From the IMG/VR virus record IMGVR_UViG_3300033153_004222, positions 17,288 to 81,287 of that record: 64,000 nt of DNA; one strand, 5' to 3'. Position numbers and translations under genes: made by a program. The notes beneath the pieces were generated by a model. The model was not told the DNA's origin. It made no database searches and saw only the letters and a program-made list of their open reading frames with translations. Shown here piece by piece: positions 57,001-64,000 of this stretch. Positions within the stretch are counted from its first letter, which is position 1; each line of letters begins with the position of its first letter. This DNA comes from a virus.

Positions 57001-59059
57001 GAAACATTGGGGCTCCTCCTCCCGGATTCCACCATGCCATATTTGCTCTTATTTCCCATCTTTCAGGAAATTTAATATCTCCTATCCAATTAACAAATCC
57101 TGGATTACCAGATTTATCATATAAAACAATTCCAAAACGATATATTTCTCCCGTCATATATCCTCGTATAGTATTATTTTGATAAGGATTTTGAGTATTA
57201 CGAGGGGCATCTGTAGAATTATAAATTTCTCCATTTGTATTAAAGTCGTAACTTATTGTAGGTTTATTAGAAGATAATATAGGAGCTGAAGTAGTATAAT
57301 TATTTGCACGATAACTTTCAAAAGGAGGATTCTCCCAATCTAATAAAGTAAATTCATATTTTATATAAGGGCCTTCTCCTCCTAAAGTAATCCCATCAGA
57401 TTGAAATTTAAAAGGAAGAAATTTACTTAACCAATCCGGTTCGTTATAGTCATTTACAGCATCTCGTATTTGTATTCCAACATCCAATGCTTCTGGATCG
57501 GGATATCCCCAATCTGGTTCATTTTGATCTAAGCCAGGTACATAAGATCTTATATCTATACCAGCAGATGGTAAAGGAGCAGGGCCTAACGGTGCTGTTG
57601 GATTAAGTAGATCCCAACTGTTTCCAGTATTAAAAGGAACATTTGCTGCAGCCGATCCTTTATAATCTACAGCTACATTTGTATTTCCAAATCTATATGC
57701 TCTTGAATGAAATTTTAACTTTTCATTTTGAGCTGCTTTTAAATTTCCTACTAAGAGTCTATTATCTTGATAAGAAATTGTTTTTGCTCTTTCAAAAGGA
57801 ATCCCAAATGATTTATACTCTGATTCTGATACAATTATTTGAGTTTCTGCTCCTGTATGAGTTACAATAAGAGTCCCTGTTGTAGGCATTCCAATTTTTT
57901 CAAATATATAGATTTCAGGAGTAGCTGCTAATGCCCCATAATATAAATATGCTATTTCTACAGTATCATAAGTAGAATCTAAATTATCTATGGTTAAAAG
58001 AACAGATTTTGCTGTAGGTGTTCCTGGTGGAGTTCCATTATATTCCCCATTCATATCCCATTCTATTCCAGATTCAGCTGTAAGTACAACATTTATAAGA
58101 TTACTTGCTGGAGAAAATTTTGTTATAGCTCCTGTGGTACTTTTTAATCTGTAAGCATATTGATAAATTCCTGCCTTTAACTGTCCTCCTGCTGTTATTC
58201 TTTTTAAAACTGGTTTAGAAAAATCAGCTCCTGGTTCTAAATCTAAAAAATTTGGATCTACTCCCATACTGGTTCCCTGATTTGCTATATTCAGAGAACG
58301 AACTCTATTAAAATTATCAGTCCAATATACCCTTTGTATATCTGAATTTTCATATCGAGAAACAGCCTCTATTGGATGCCATTTACTAAAACTCAAATTA
58401 TCACAAACATATCTTATTTCTGGAGTATAGGTATCTAATGCTTTATCATAAGTAACAAACCATATTTGTCCTGGTCCTCCATCTTGTGTTGCATCATTTG
58501 TAGTAAATAAAACAAGTGAATCTCTTAATTCTGTCCAACCTATAACTTCTAACTCGCATTGAATACTTGCAAGTTCAGTTCCTACTGTCCAGGGAGATTG
58601 TCCTGGTATATTTGCACCTATTATATTAATTGTATCAGAAAAAACTGCAATACTTTTAGGAGAAGTTCTAACTATTTTTACTCCTAATACATCTGTAGGA
58701 CTTCCTGGACCAGATTGATCTATTATCAAATTAAATAACTCTGTATATCCTCCAGATAATAATGTAAAGGATATATTAACAACTCCTATTGTAGTAGTTA
58801 TAACTAAATCATCTGTTGTGCCTGGAGGTGGTTCTCCTATATTTGGAATTGGCTTAACTACCCAACAGCTCGGAGAACAAGGAATTTCAAACTCTAAAGA
58901 ATTTCCTAAAACATTGACCAAAGCTCCTCCAGACTTTTCTCCATCATCACTTAATCTAAAATTTTGAGCATCTCTATAATTAGTGGGAGGAACTCTATCT
59001 TTAGTCAAGCTTTTATTCATTCCTTTCTCAAAGGAATTTGTCTGCATTCTTCTTGGCAT
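54047..59059 (-). CDS. tail stabilisation / muzzle protein (P22 gp10-like, crAss type)
   Basis: 1670 aa; NSFEKGMNK, VYWTDNFNRVRSLN, GQLKAGIYQYAYRL, GEIYRFGIVLYD, KVFDN, KRVEREW, PRLRDK; position after the ring proteins. Confidence 0.8.
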   Translation of the reverse strand: MPRRMQTNSFEKGMNKSLTKDRVPPTNYRDAQNFRLSDDGEKSGGALVNVLGNSLEFEIPCSPSCWVVKPIPNIGEPPPGTTDDLVITTTIGVVNISFTLLSGGYTELFNLIIDQSGPGSPTDVLGVKIVRTSPKSIAVFSDTINIIGANIPGQSPWTVGTELASIQCELEVIGWTELRDSLVLFTTNDATQDGGPGQIWFVTYDKALDTYTPEIRYVCDNLSFSKWHPIEAVSRYENSDIQRVYWTDNFNRVRSLNIANQGTSMGVDPNFLDLEPGADFSKPVLKRITAGGQLKAGIYQYAYRLKSTTGAITKFSPASNLINVVLTAESGIEWDMNGEYNGTPPGTPTAKSVLLTIDNLDSTYDTVEIAYLYYGALAATPEIYIFEKIGMPTTGTLIVTHTGAETQIIVSESEYKSFGIPFERAKTISYQDNRLLVGNLKAAQNEKLKFHSRAYRFGNTNVAVDYKGSAAANVPFNTGNSWDLLNPTAPLGPAPLPSAGIDIRSYVPGLDQNEPDWGYPDPEALDVGIQIRDAVNDYNEPDWLSKFLPFKFQSDGITLGGEGPYIKYEFTLLDWENPPFESYRANNYTTSAPILSSNKPTISYDFNTNGEIYNSTDAPRNTQNPYQNNTIRGYMTGEIYRFGIVLYDKSGNPGFVNWIGDIKFPERWEIRANMAWWNPGGGAPMFPAPNETKVQNPSPGYESLNFDMLTPRNNNSTAEGTPLQNQSCYALNNLGLKFTVTIPPDIIDGISGYEIVRVKRESADKTKVTQGVADTLANPASPYDEELYLLPKKGSVFNNPADNQPGDIWEWDPFGSPPATGRGIGYEVDTIDPIKRVKKSLVVYSPEFQFKEDIGFTIGDRLRIEYANDLNWLYRYSPDPQSPPFFYPDPAFPVGPDNLRVYAFDTMNYGKFLANVNANYGDEQDSTGDFMRCNSRKTIEITFAREVDAGEQISNIPTMSGPTKFRNATIPQISYTSGTPEEQLDGCQCVFMTLDCDDMSIIFGAGGFYGEPLLVTYERHVEEQYGGNTQQNRSNNLYIKTAGYISIIDPTQPTTEFEVFGGDIYHLEYDWTRVDGGEPVAANADAARDGMVFPLLSTLNTNLRTGRHLLNKAEPAGTYPPATDAAYLFDTYELEYLYDREQDYVFFLGRPVGVPLIEEFDNRVRASNAKINGELVDQWRQWDIGTYLDVEGSLGPINKLISYSGQNFFFQDHGCGFLLINPSAAVSTLAAGQIQMGYGNILHDFNYISTEIGCFHQWMPVASNDNLFFIDIYSKQMYAIKGQSLLPVSLAGGMAPWFTDKIQGAILTNDNPIMNQGITSTWDRKFNEVWITLNNFSLNAVCEDAVFDIFEFQPGFKWFAIRVSDTCLDESNVKIGSILQAEIFGSPFQFIVEDIGASGSYFYMQISGMPWPYTNWAPGAGIDLNVALLPNGTQNMTAEGIFAYLVITVILANPGAVEYRIPFLYSYNSNKVTVVYNEAYDIYTGFYSHTPPIYINDGTHVLSPKPLDRDQIYKHNSGEYCKFYENLFDSSIELAINDSKGVTKVFDNVSYHSEVWSHDANPPRNITEETFDTVRFYTDFQNTDWIALSLPGDIVKRVEREWQLDVARNAVSQLVGPNVDIFDPANLNPLATFKPRLRDKTMTINLKLDNTNNRRFLLHYLKTFYRFSPR

Positions 59060-59064
59060 AATTA

Positions 59065-59817
59065 CTATTTAAGTCTTTTTATTTCCCTTATATTCATTCC
59101 TGAAAAGAAAGTATCATATTGATTTATATTTGGTTTTAATCTAACCCAAGAATTTTTAATATTTTCTACTTTATCTATATTAGGCATCATAGCTGCACTT
59201 GCAGCTGCTTTCACATAAAACATCCAATCTTGCTTTGAATCAGTGTAAATAGCTGCCGGAATATTTCCTTTTCTCCATTGTTGTCTATCAATCATCATTT
59301 GAGCATAAGATTTTAAGGCTTTATCATAATAAACATTATCCGGTATCATAGGATATCCACAATCATCTATCTGAATAGCTTTGAAATCCATGACTATAGT
59401 TCCTGTTTCAAAAGAAGTATAAATACAATTATTTTGTATGTAATATCTTTCATTAGTAGGAAAAACTCCATTAACTTCTAAAGGAAAATTATCTTTGTCT
59501 ACAGGAACATCATTAAGAAAATTAGTGCCGCCCAACTGACTTGTAGGTCCAGGCCCCATAGTAGATGTTGATAACAACAAAGGCTCTCCTTTATAAGAAA
59601 TTTGTGTTAAATGATGGAAAGTAGAAGGCAGTTGCTTTGTATGATTGGTAACTTCCATTTGTGCTATCTCATCTATATACTGAGTTCCAGCTCCTATTAA
59701 TTGCAAAGCCTCGGCACACCATTCAATAATGTCCCATACCTCTAAATCTTCGGGAGAATCATAATCTCTATAGATTCCATCAATGATTTCTTTTATACTC
59801 TTATATTTATAAACCAT
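59065..59817 (-). CDS. tail ring / tubular protein
   Basis: 250 aa; YKSIKEII, EWCAEAL.LIG, D.CGYPMIPD; conserved crAss gene order. Confidence 0.7.
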   Translation of the reverse strand: MVYKYKSIKEIIDGIYRDYDSPEDLEVWDIIEWCAEALQLIGAGTQYIDEIAQMEVTNHTKQLPSTFHHLTQISYKGEPLLLSTSTMGPGPTSQLGGTNFLNDVPVDKDNFPLEVNGVFPTNERYYIQNNCIYTSFETGTIVMDFKAIQIDDCGYPMIPDNVYYDKALKSYAQMMIDRQQWRKGNIPAAIYTDSKQDWMFYVKAAASAAMMPNIDKVENIKNSWVRLKPNINQYDTFFSGMNIREIKRLK

Positions 59818-59819
59818 AA

Positions 59820-60260
59820 TTATTCATAATAATCAACAGTTCTGTTTTTATCTTTTAATATAGAAGATAGTCTTCTTTTATTATCTCTGGCTGCTGTAAA
59901 GCTATATAAAGATTTATTGATAAAAGTTGCTGTTTTTTTTTTCCAAAAAAATCTAAAATTAAAGTAATTTGTATGCTCATTCATATGGTACACACGCTTT
60001 CCTATTTCTTTAGTTTTCTTCCAATCTACTTTCATTGTTTTTGGATCAAACCATGTTTTTGTCTTTTTTATTCTTAAACTTCCTAATCTATAAGGCATTT
60101 CAAATTCAAAAGAATCGTCAAGGATCTTATCCATAACTTTTTTGTTAAATGATTTTATAATACCTGCATAAACAGAATATTCTATAGTTCCAGAGTAAGA
60201 GTCCTTATAAAGTTTATAAGCATCTCTCATTGTTTTTGTATTATAGAATTTATTTGCCAT
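59820..60260 (-). CDS. IHF/HU-like protein of the crAss structural block
   Basis: FEMPYRLGSLRIKK...VDWKKT...HT..F.F.W...Y.F...R.NKR; lies between ring proteins. Confidence 0.7.
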   Translation of the reverse strand: MANKFYNTKTMRDAYKLYKDSYSGTIEYSVYAGIIKSFNKKVMDKILDDSFEFEMPYRLGSLRIKKTKTWFDPKTMKVDWKKTKEIGKRVYHMNEHTNYFNFRFFWKKKTATFINKSLYSFTAARDNKRRLSSILKDKNRTVDYYE

Positions 60261-60943
60261 TATTTCATATCTACTTTAGCTCCTGAATTTGCATTATTAG
60301 CATCATCGCCTGGGGCCTCTAAAACCATTCCAAGTCTTTTTACAAGTATATCTGTTACCTTTCCAGACATTTCCAACGTAATTGGATATGGACTATCCCA
60401 AGTCCAACATTCTTCTGGCTCACAGGATTGACAATCAGCTATAGAACTTGGATCTTCTAAAAGAGCAGATATTTGTAAATTTTCTGCATGACCTAAAATA
60501 TAAAGATATTCTCCTTTGATATACCATCTTGGATCATGTTTAGTGTATTTACTATACTTATGCCATTTTTGTCTATAAAATGTAGTTTCACTATAACTTG
60601 TTTCTTGATCTATAGACATCACAGCTATAACTCCGTTTTTATGTCCTCTCTGAATAGTAGAAGGAATTCTACATTTGCTTTTAACAACAGTACATCCACA
60701 GCTGGGATAACAATTAGGATCTATAGAAGCGTCTACTTCTTCAAATTCCATTATCCAATGCTGTATCCAATTATCATTCATTTTTCCTCTTTTAGAGAAC
60801 TCCTGTCTGATAAGTTGGGCTCTTGTTTGGCTTATCCAATAAGCCACCTGTCGATCTGTTGGTAAAGCATCATCCGGTTGTACGCCTCCGTATCCAAGAT
60901 TCTTCAGATCAAAAACCATTTTATTTAAAGTAACTTCTGCCAT
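60260..60943 (-). CDS. tail ring / structural protein
   Basis: 227 aa; RQVAYWI..RAQLI, LEDP, D.PYPI; crAss structural block. Confidence 0.7.
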   Translation of the reverse strand: MAEVTLNKMVFDLKNLGYGGVQPDDALPTDRQVAYWISQTRAQLIRQEFSKRGKMNDNWIQHWIMEFEEVDASIDPNCYPSCGCTVVKSKCRIPSTIQRGHKNGVIAVMSIDQETSYSETTFYRQKWHKYSKYTKHDPRWYIKGEYLYILGHAENLQISALLEDPSSIADCQSCEPEECWTWDSPYPITLEMSGKVTDILVKRLGMVLEAPGDDANNANSGAKVDMK

Positions 60944-60959
60944 TTTTTCAATTTATAAT

Positions 60960-60992
60960 AAAAAAGGAGGATTTGCTACCTGCTTATCCTCC
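60960..60992 (-). terminator. intrinsic terminator (minus strand)
   Basis: GGAGGAT...ATCCTCC stem followed by a T-run on the minus strand. Confidence 0.55.
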
Positions 60993-61033
60993 CCCTTAAC
61001 AAAATATTATTTATTCTATACAATATAGAATAC

Positions 61034-61339
61034 TTATTCTCCGTTTTCCAAAAGTCGATAAGCTTGACCTACAATCAGAGGCATATATAATCCTCCTATA
61101 AGCTTTTTAAGAAGAGCAATGTCTTCTACTTTGATAGATACAGGAGAACCATTTGCTTTTGAAATAGATTCTGCAAGTATATATCTTTCTGCTTTTTCTT
61201 CTCCAGATATTTTTTCATCTGCTGAAGCTGGTGTAAGCAAAGCTGTAACTGCAACTGTTTTTAGATCCAGGGCTTTGTCTTGGGTTAAAACTTTTTCTCC
61301 ATCTAAAGTTTTAAATCCTTTGTTAAAATTTATTCTCAT
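61034..61339 (-). CDS. hypothetical protein (tail-fibre associated/chaperone-like)
   Basis: 101-aa ORF downstream of the fibre and holin-like genes. Confidence 0.6.
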   Translation of the reverse strand: MRINFNKGFKTLDGEKVLTQDKALDLKTVAVTALLTPASADEKISGEEKAERYILAESISKANGSPVSIKVEDIALLKKLIGGLYMPLIVGQAYRLLENGE

Positions 61340-61361
61340 TATCTCTTTTTTTAATTAATAA

Positions 61362-61691
61362 TTAATTTCTTTTTTTATATCGACCAAGTTCATCTCGATC
61401 ATCCTCTTTATTCATATTTTCCAAACATCTTGTTAATTTATGAATATCATCTTTAATATCATTACACATTATATCTAATTTTTCTCCTAATTGCAAGAAT
61501 TTTAAGTTATTAACATGTTGAAGATTATCTAAACCATGATCAAATTTCTGTTCTACCAGTTCTATTTTACCTTTAAGCTTTCCTTGAGTGTCTTTACTCT
61601 CTCTTATATCAGCCCAAAGTTGTTTTAATATAAAGCCCACTACAGCTAAAAGAATTCCTATTGCGTATGTTAATAAGTCGTTTAATTCCAT
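61362..61691 (-). CDS. holin-like membrane protein (1 TM + coiled coil)
   Basis: N-terminal LLTYAIGILLAVVGFIL followed by a coiled coil. Confidence 0.55.
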   Translation of the reverse strand: MELNDLLTYAIGILLAVVGFILKQLWADIRESKDTQGKLKGKIELVEQKFDHGLDNLQHVNNLKFLQLGEKLDIMCNDIKDDIHKLTRCLENMNKEDDRDELGRYKKRN

Positions 61692-61708
61692 GATTACTAT
61701 TTATATTT

Positions 61709-63835
61709 TTATACTTGTGCCGTATAGCTTACTAAAGCATATCCAGCACTTAATTTTGCAAATACTAAAACATCTCTTTCTCCCCCTGCCATACCAGTAG
61801 TAATAACGGGAGATCCACCGCTAAATCTAAATTCTGCAACAAAATTCAATACTGCAACACCTGTATTAGCTACTTCCATTACATAAAGGTTTCCTATATC
61901 TCCTCCTTCAGGTAACTGGACTACATTAGTTCCATTAGCAGGTAAAGAAATTTCTATACTATTATAAATATTTAAATCCCAGCTAACAGGATCGCCTACT
62001 CCAGGAGTAGCACCTTCTTGCTCTCCTTCTGCACAATTATCAAGCTGACACCATTCTGTTCCATCATATCCCCAAAATCCTTTAGTAGTAATATCTCCTA
62101 CTCCTGCTGAATCAGCAAAAGCTACCAAACCATTAATAGGTCCCACTATCGCTTCTACCTGTACTCCGGTCATTCTTGGTAATAAAATTCCTTCTGTATT
62201 AGATTGAAATTCTACAACAGCACAAGAAAGTAATCCCCCTCCTGTGCCAAATCCTACTTTACCATTTGTAAATTCTAATTCAAAGGAATCTATATCTACA
62301 TTTCTATTGCCATCTACTGTAGCATCTGCTGAGTAAATAGTATCAACTCCTAAACCTCCTGGCGTTTCCCAATATAAAACTCCTGCTGCATTTGTAGCTA
62401 AAACCATTCCGAGAGAAGCTCCATCTGCTGCAGGAAAAGTATATACTTCATTAAAAGTTACTGTTCCTAATCCTATATCTCCTGATATAAGAATATTTCC
62501 ACAACTTCCTATTCTAAGTTCATTATCAACCCCTGCCGCAGAAGCATCAATTCCTTTTCCAATATAAGTATTACAACTTCCAGTAGTTAAAACTCCTCCA
62601 GATTCTGCTCCGATAGATGTATTTTTATCTCCAGTAGTTAATGCAAGAAGAGCCCCGGATCCAACACCTACATTTTCATTTGAAGTATCTCCTATAAGAT
62701 GTCCAGCTCTATATCCAACCATGACATTATCATCATTAGAAACAGCATCCCCTGCTGATCCAGAAGTTCCTGCAAAAGCTCCTAAATAAGTATTTTGTAC
62801 TCCTTTTTCTTTTTGACCAGAACTATATCCTACAAAAGTATTAGAATCATTAGTATCTGATTGAAATCCAGCATTACATCCTATAATAACATTTCCAGTA
62901 GCACCTACTGCGAATATAGGAGCTGTATTATCATCTCCTATAAGAACTGAAGAAGTTCCATCATTACATCTTAGACGAATATCATCCTCAAACATAAAAT
63001 TAGAACTATAGTCAAAATCATTTGTAGCTACATTTACAAAAGGAATTTCATCTCTTAAGCCATAAGTAGGACCAACAGCTCCTGAAAAAGAAATAATTCC
63101 TGTAACATTATCATATATAATAGGAGCTAAAGCAGATATGGCCAATCTTGCTCTTGCAGATGTAAAATATAAATTTATACCTCCTTCAGTAAGATTGTCT
63201 GTGGTTTTAGCAGCAAACATTGTATCAAAACGAGGTTGTGTCATATACCAATTAACAGCTCCTTCAGAAAGATCATCAGTATCTTTAGTTGTCCATTTAT
63301 CTTCCCATCTTTGATGCGTATAATAATATCTGTTTCCATCAGTTTCAATTCCTGCTCCTCCAACAGCCGATCCATCAGAACCTTCTGGTAGATCATTTGT
63401 ATCTGCTGGAGGGACAATTCCTGCTACAGCAGCATTTAATTGTTGTAATGTAACTGCACCGAGAGCTGCAACTGCATCACCACTAAGGATTAATAACCCT
63501 GACATAGTTCCTCCTGCTAAAGGAAGCATTGTATCTACATATGTTTTGTTTGTAAGATCATTCCCAGCTACAGGAGCATTTGGATTTTGAAATTGATTTC
63601 CTGCACCACTCATTACTAATGTTCCTGTCATAGGACCATTAGAAGCATCTATTTTTAATCTATCATTTTGTAAAGCTACTATATCAGCAATTATAGCTGA
63701 AGGATCAAATGTACACGCATCTATAACATCTTGTCCTGTTAAATAGTAATTTAAAGCTGCCCGTGCAATTACAAATAAATCTGCCGGATCGAGTGCGACT
63801 CCATCAGGTAATTGTGATATTTTTTTTGATGCCAT
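61709..63835 (-). CDS. tail fibre / spike protein
   Basis: 708 aa; MASKKISQLP start, GGTMSG and TK.YVD fibre repeats, T.DL.EG..N.Y.T..R repeats, NT.VG..AG beta-roll repeats, GILLPRMT. Confidence 0.8.
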   Translation of the reverse strand: MASKKISQLPDGVALDPADLFVIARAALNYYLTGQDVIDACTFDPSAIIADIVALQNDRLKIDASNGPMTGTLVMSGAGNQFQNPNAPVAGNDLTNKTYVDTMLPLAGGTMSGLLILSGDAVAALGAVTLQQLNAAVAGIVPPADTNDLPEGSDGSAVGGAGIETDGNRYYYTHQRWEDKWTTKDTDDLSEGAVNWYMTQPRFDTMFAAKTTDNLTEGGINLYFTSARARLAISALAPIIYDNVTGIISFSGAVGPTYGLRDEIPFVNVATNDFDYSSNFMFEDDIRLRCNDGTSSVLIGDDNTAPIFAVGATGNVIIGCNAGFQSDTNDSNTFVGYSSGQKEKGVQNTYLGAFAGTSGSAGDAVSNDDNVMVGYRAGHLIGDTSNENVGVGSGALLALTTGDKNTSIGAESGGVLTTGSCNTYIGKGIDASAAGVDNELRIGSCGNILISGDIGLGTVTFNEVYTFPAADGASLGMVLATNAAGVLYWETPGGLGVDTIYSADATVDGNRNVDIDSFELEFTNGKVGFGTGGGLLSCAVVEFQSNTEGILLPRMTGVQVEAIVGPINGLVAFADSAGVGDITTKGFWGYDGTEWCQLDNCAEGEQEGATPGVGDPVSWDLNIYNSIEISLPANGTNVVQLPEGGDIGNLYVMEVANTGVAVLNFVAEFRFSGGSPVITTGMAGGERDVLVFAKLSAGYALVSYTAQV

Positions 63836-63845
63836 TTTTTTAAAT

Positions 63846-64000
63846 TTAACTAAATGTAAGAGCTTTCATTCTTGCTATATATGCTTCCCACGCTGCCTCA
63901 TCTTGAGCCAATAAACAAGTGGTTAGTTCTAATTCTATACAATCTTCTGCTACTGTATCTTCTACTAATAATAACCCTGCATCTTCTAAAGCAATACAAC
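63846..64000 (-). CDS. partial CDS (3' end), hypothetical virion protein
   Basis: Open frame ...CIALEDAGLLLVED...MKALTFS* running off the window edge. Confidence 0.55.
   Translation of the reverse strand, partial: CIALEDAGLLLVEDTVAEDCIELELTTCLLAQDEAAWEAYIARMKALTFS

Noticed and set aside
28095-61800. Many short + strand ORFs within the late arm, and - strand ORFs within the early arm
   Set aside because: They are antisense shadows of long, well-supported genes
27964-63835. Stop-codon reassignment (codes 15 or 4), introns or inteins as seen in some Crassvirales
   Set aside because: Very long ORFs are intact in the standard code, TAG and TGA serve as real stops, and no split genes or intein motifs are evident

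Overview
AT-rich fragment of a crAss-like (Crassvirales-type) podophage genome. The host is probably a Bacteroidota/Flavobacteriia bacterium, judged from TTTG-N20-TAnnTTTG promoters and A-rich translation starts without Shine-Dalgarno sites. It uses the standard genetic code. The + strand (1-26.2 kb) carries an ORF-poor regulatory/ncRNA region, many small early genes (including a Mom-like DNA-modification enzyme) and a replication module: PolA, SF2 helicase, AAA_24 ATPase, SSB, primase, RusA-like resolvase, 5'-3' exonuclease and a MoxR/CobS-type AAA+ pair. The - strand (26.2-64 kb) carries late genes: tail fibre, ring and IHF-like proteins, muzzle/tail-stabilisation protein, three ejection/cargo proteins, a 4281-aa virion RNA polymerase and a lysin. 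The two arms meet at a bidirectional terminator. Highlights: (1) an 82-nt tmRNA-like RNA reduced to the tRNA-like domain, with no tag ORF, directly abutting an ~840-nt ornate ncRNA (GOLLD-like) behind a host-type promoter; (2) a small early protein whose C-terminus reproduces the catalytic loop of the phage's own RNA polymerase (hVhP-x7-GADFDVDK); (3) a 1906-aa cargo protein punctuated by about 15 xxGGxIP motifs, a possible protease-processed polyprotein; (4) a series of stem-closed structured RNA islands between early genes. All family assignments come from motif recognition by eye; no searches were run.
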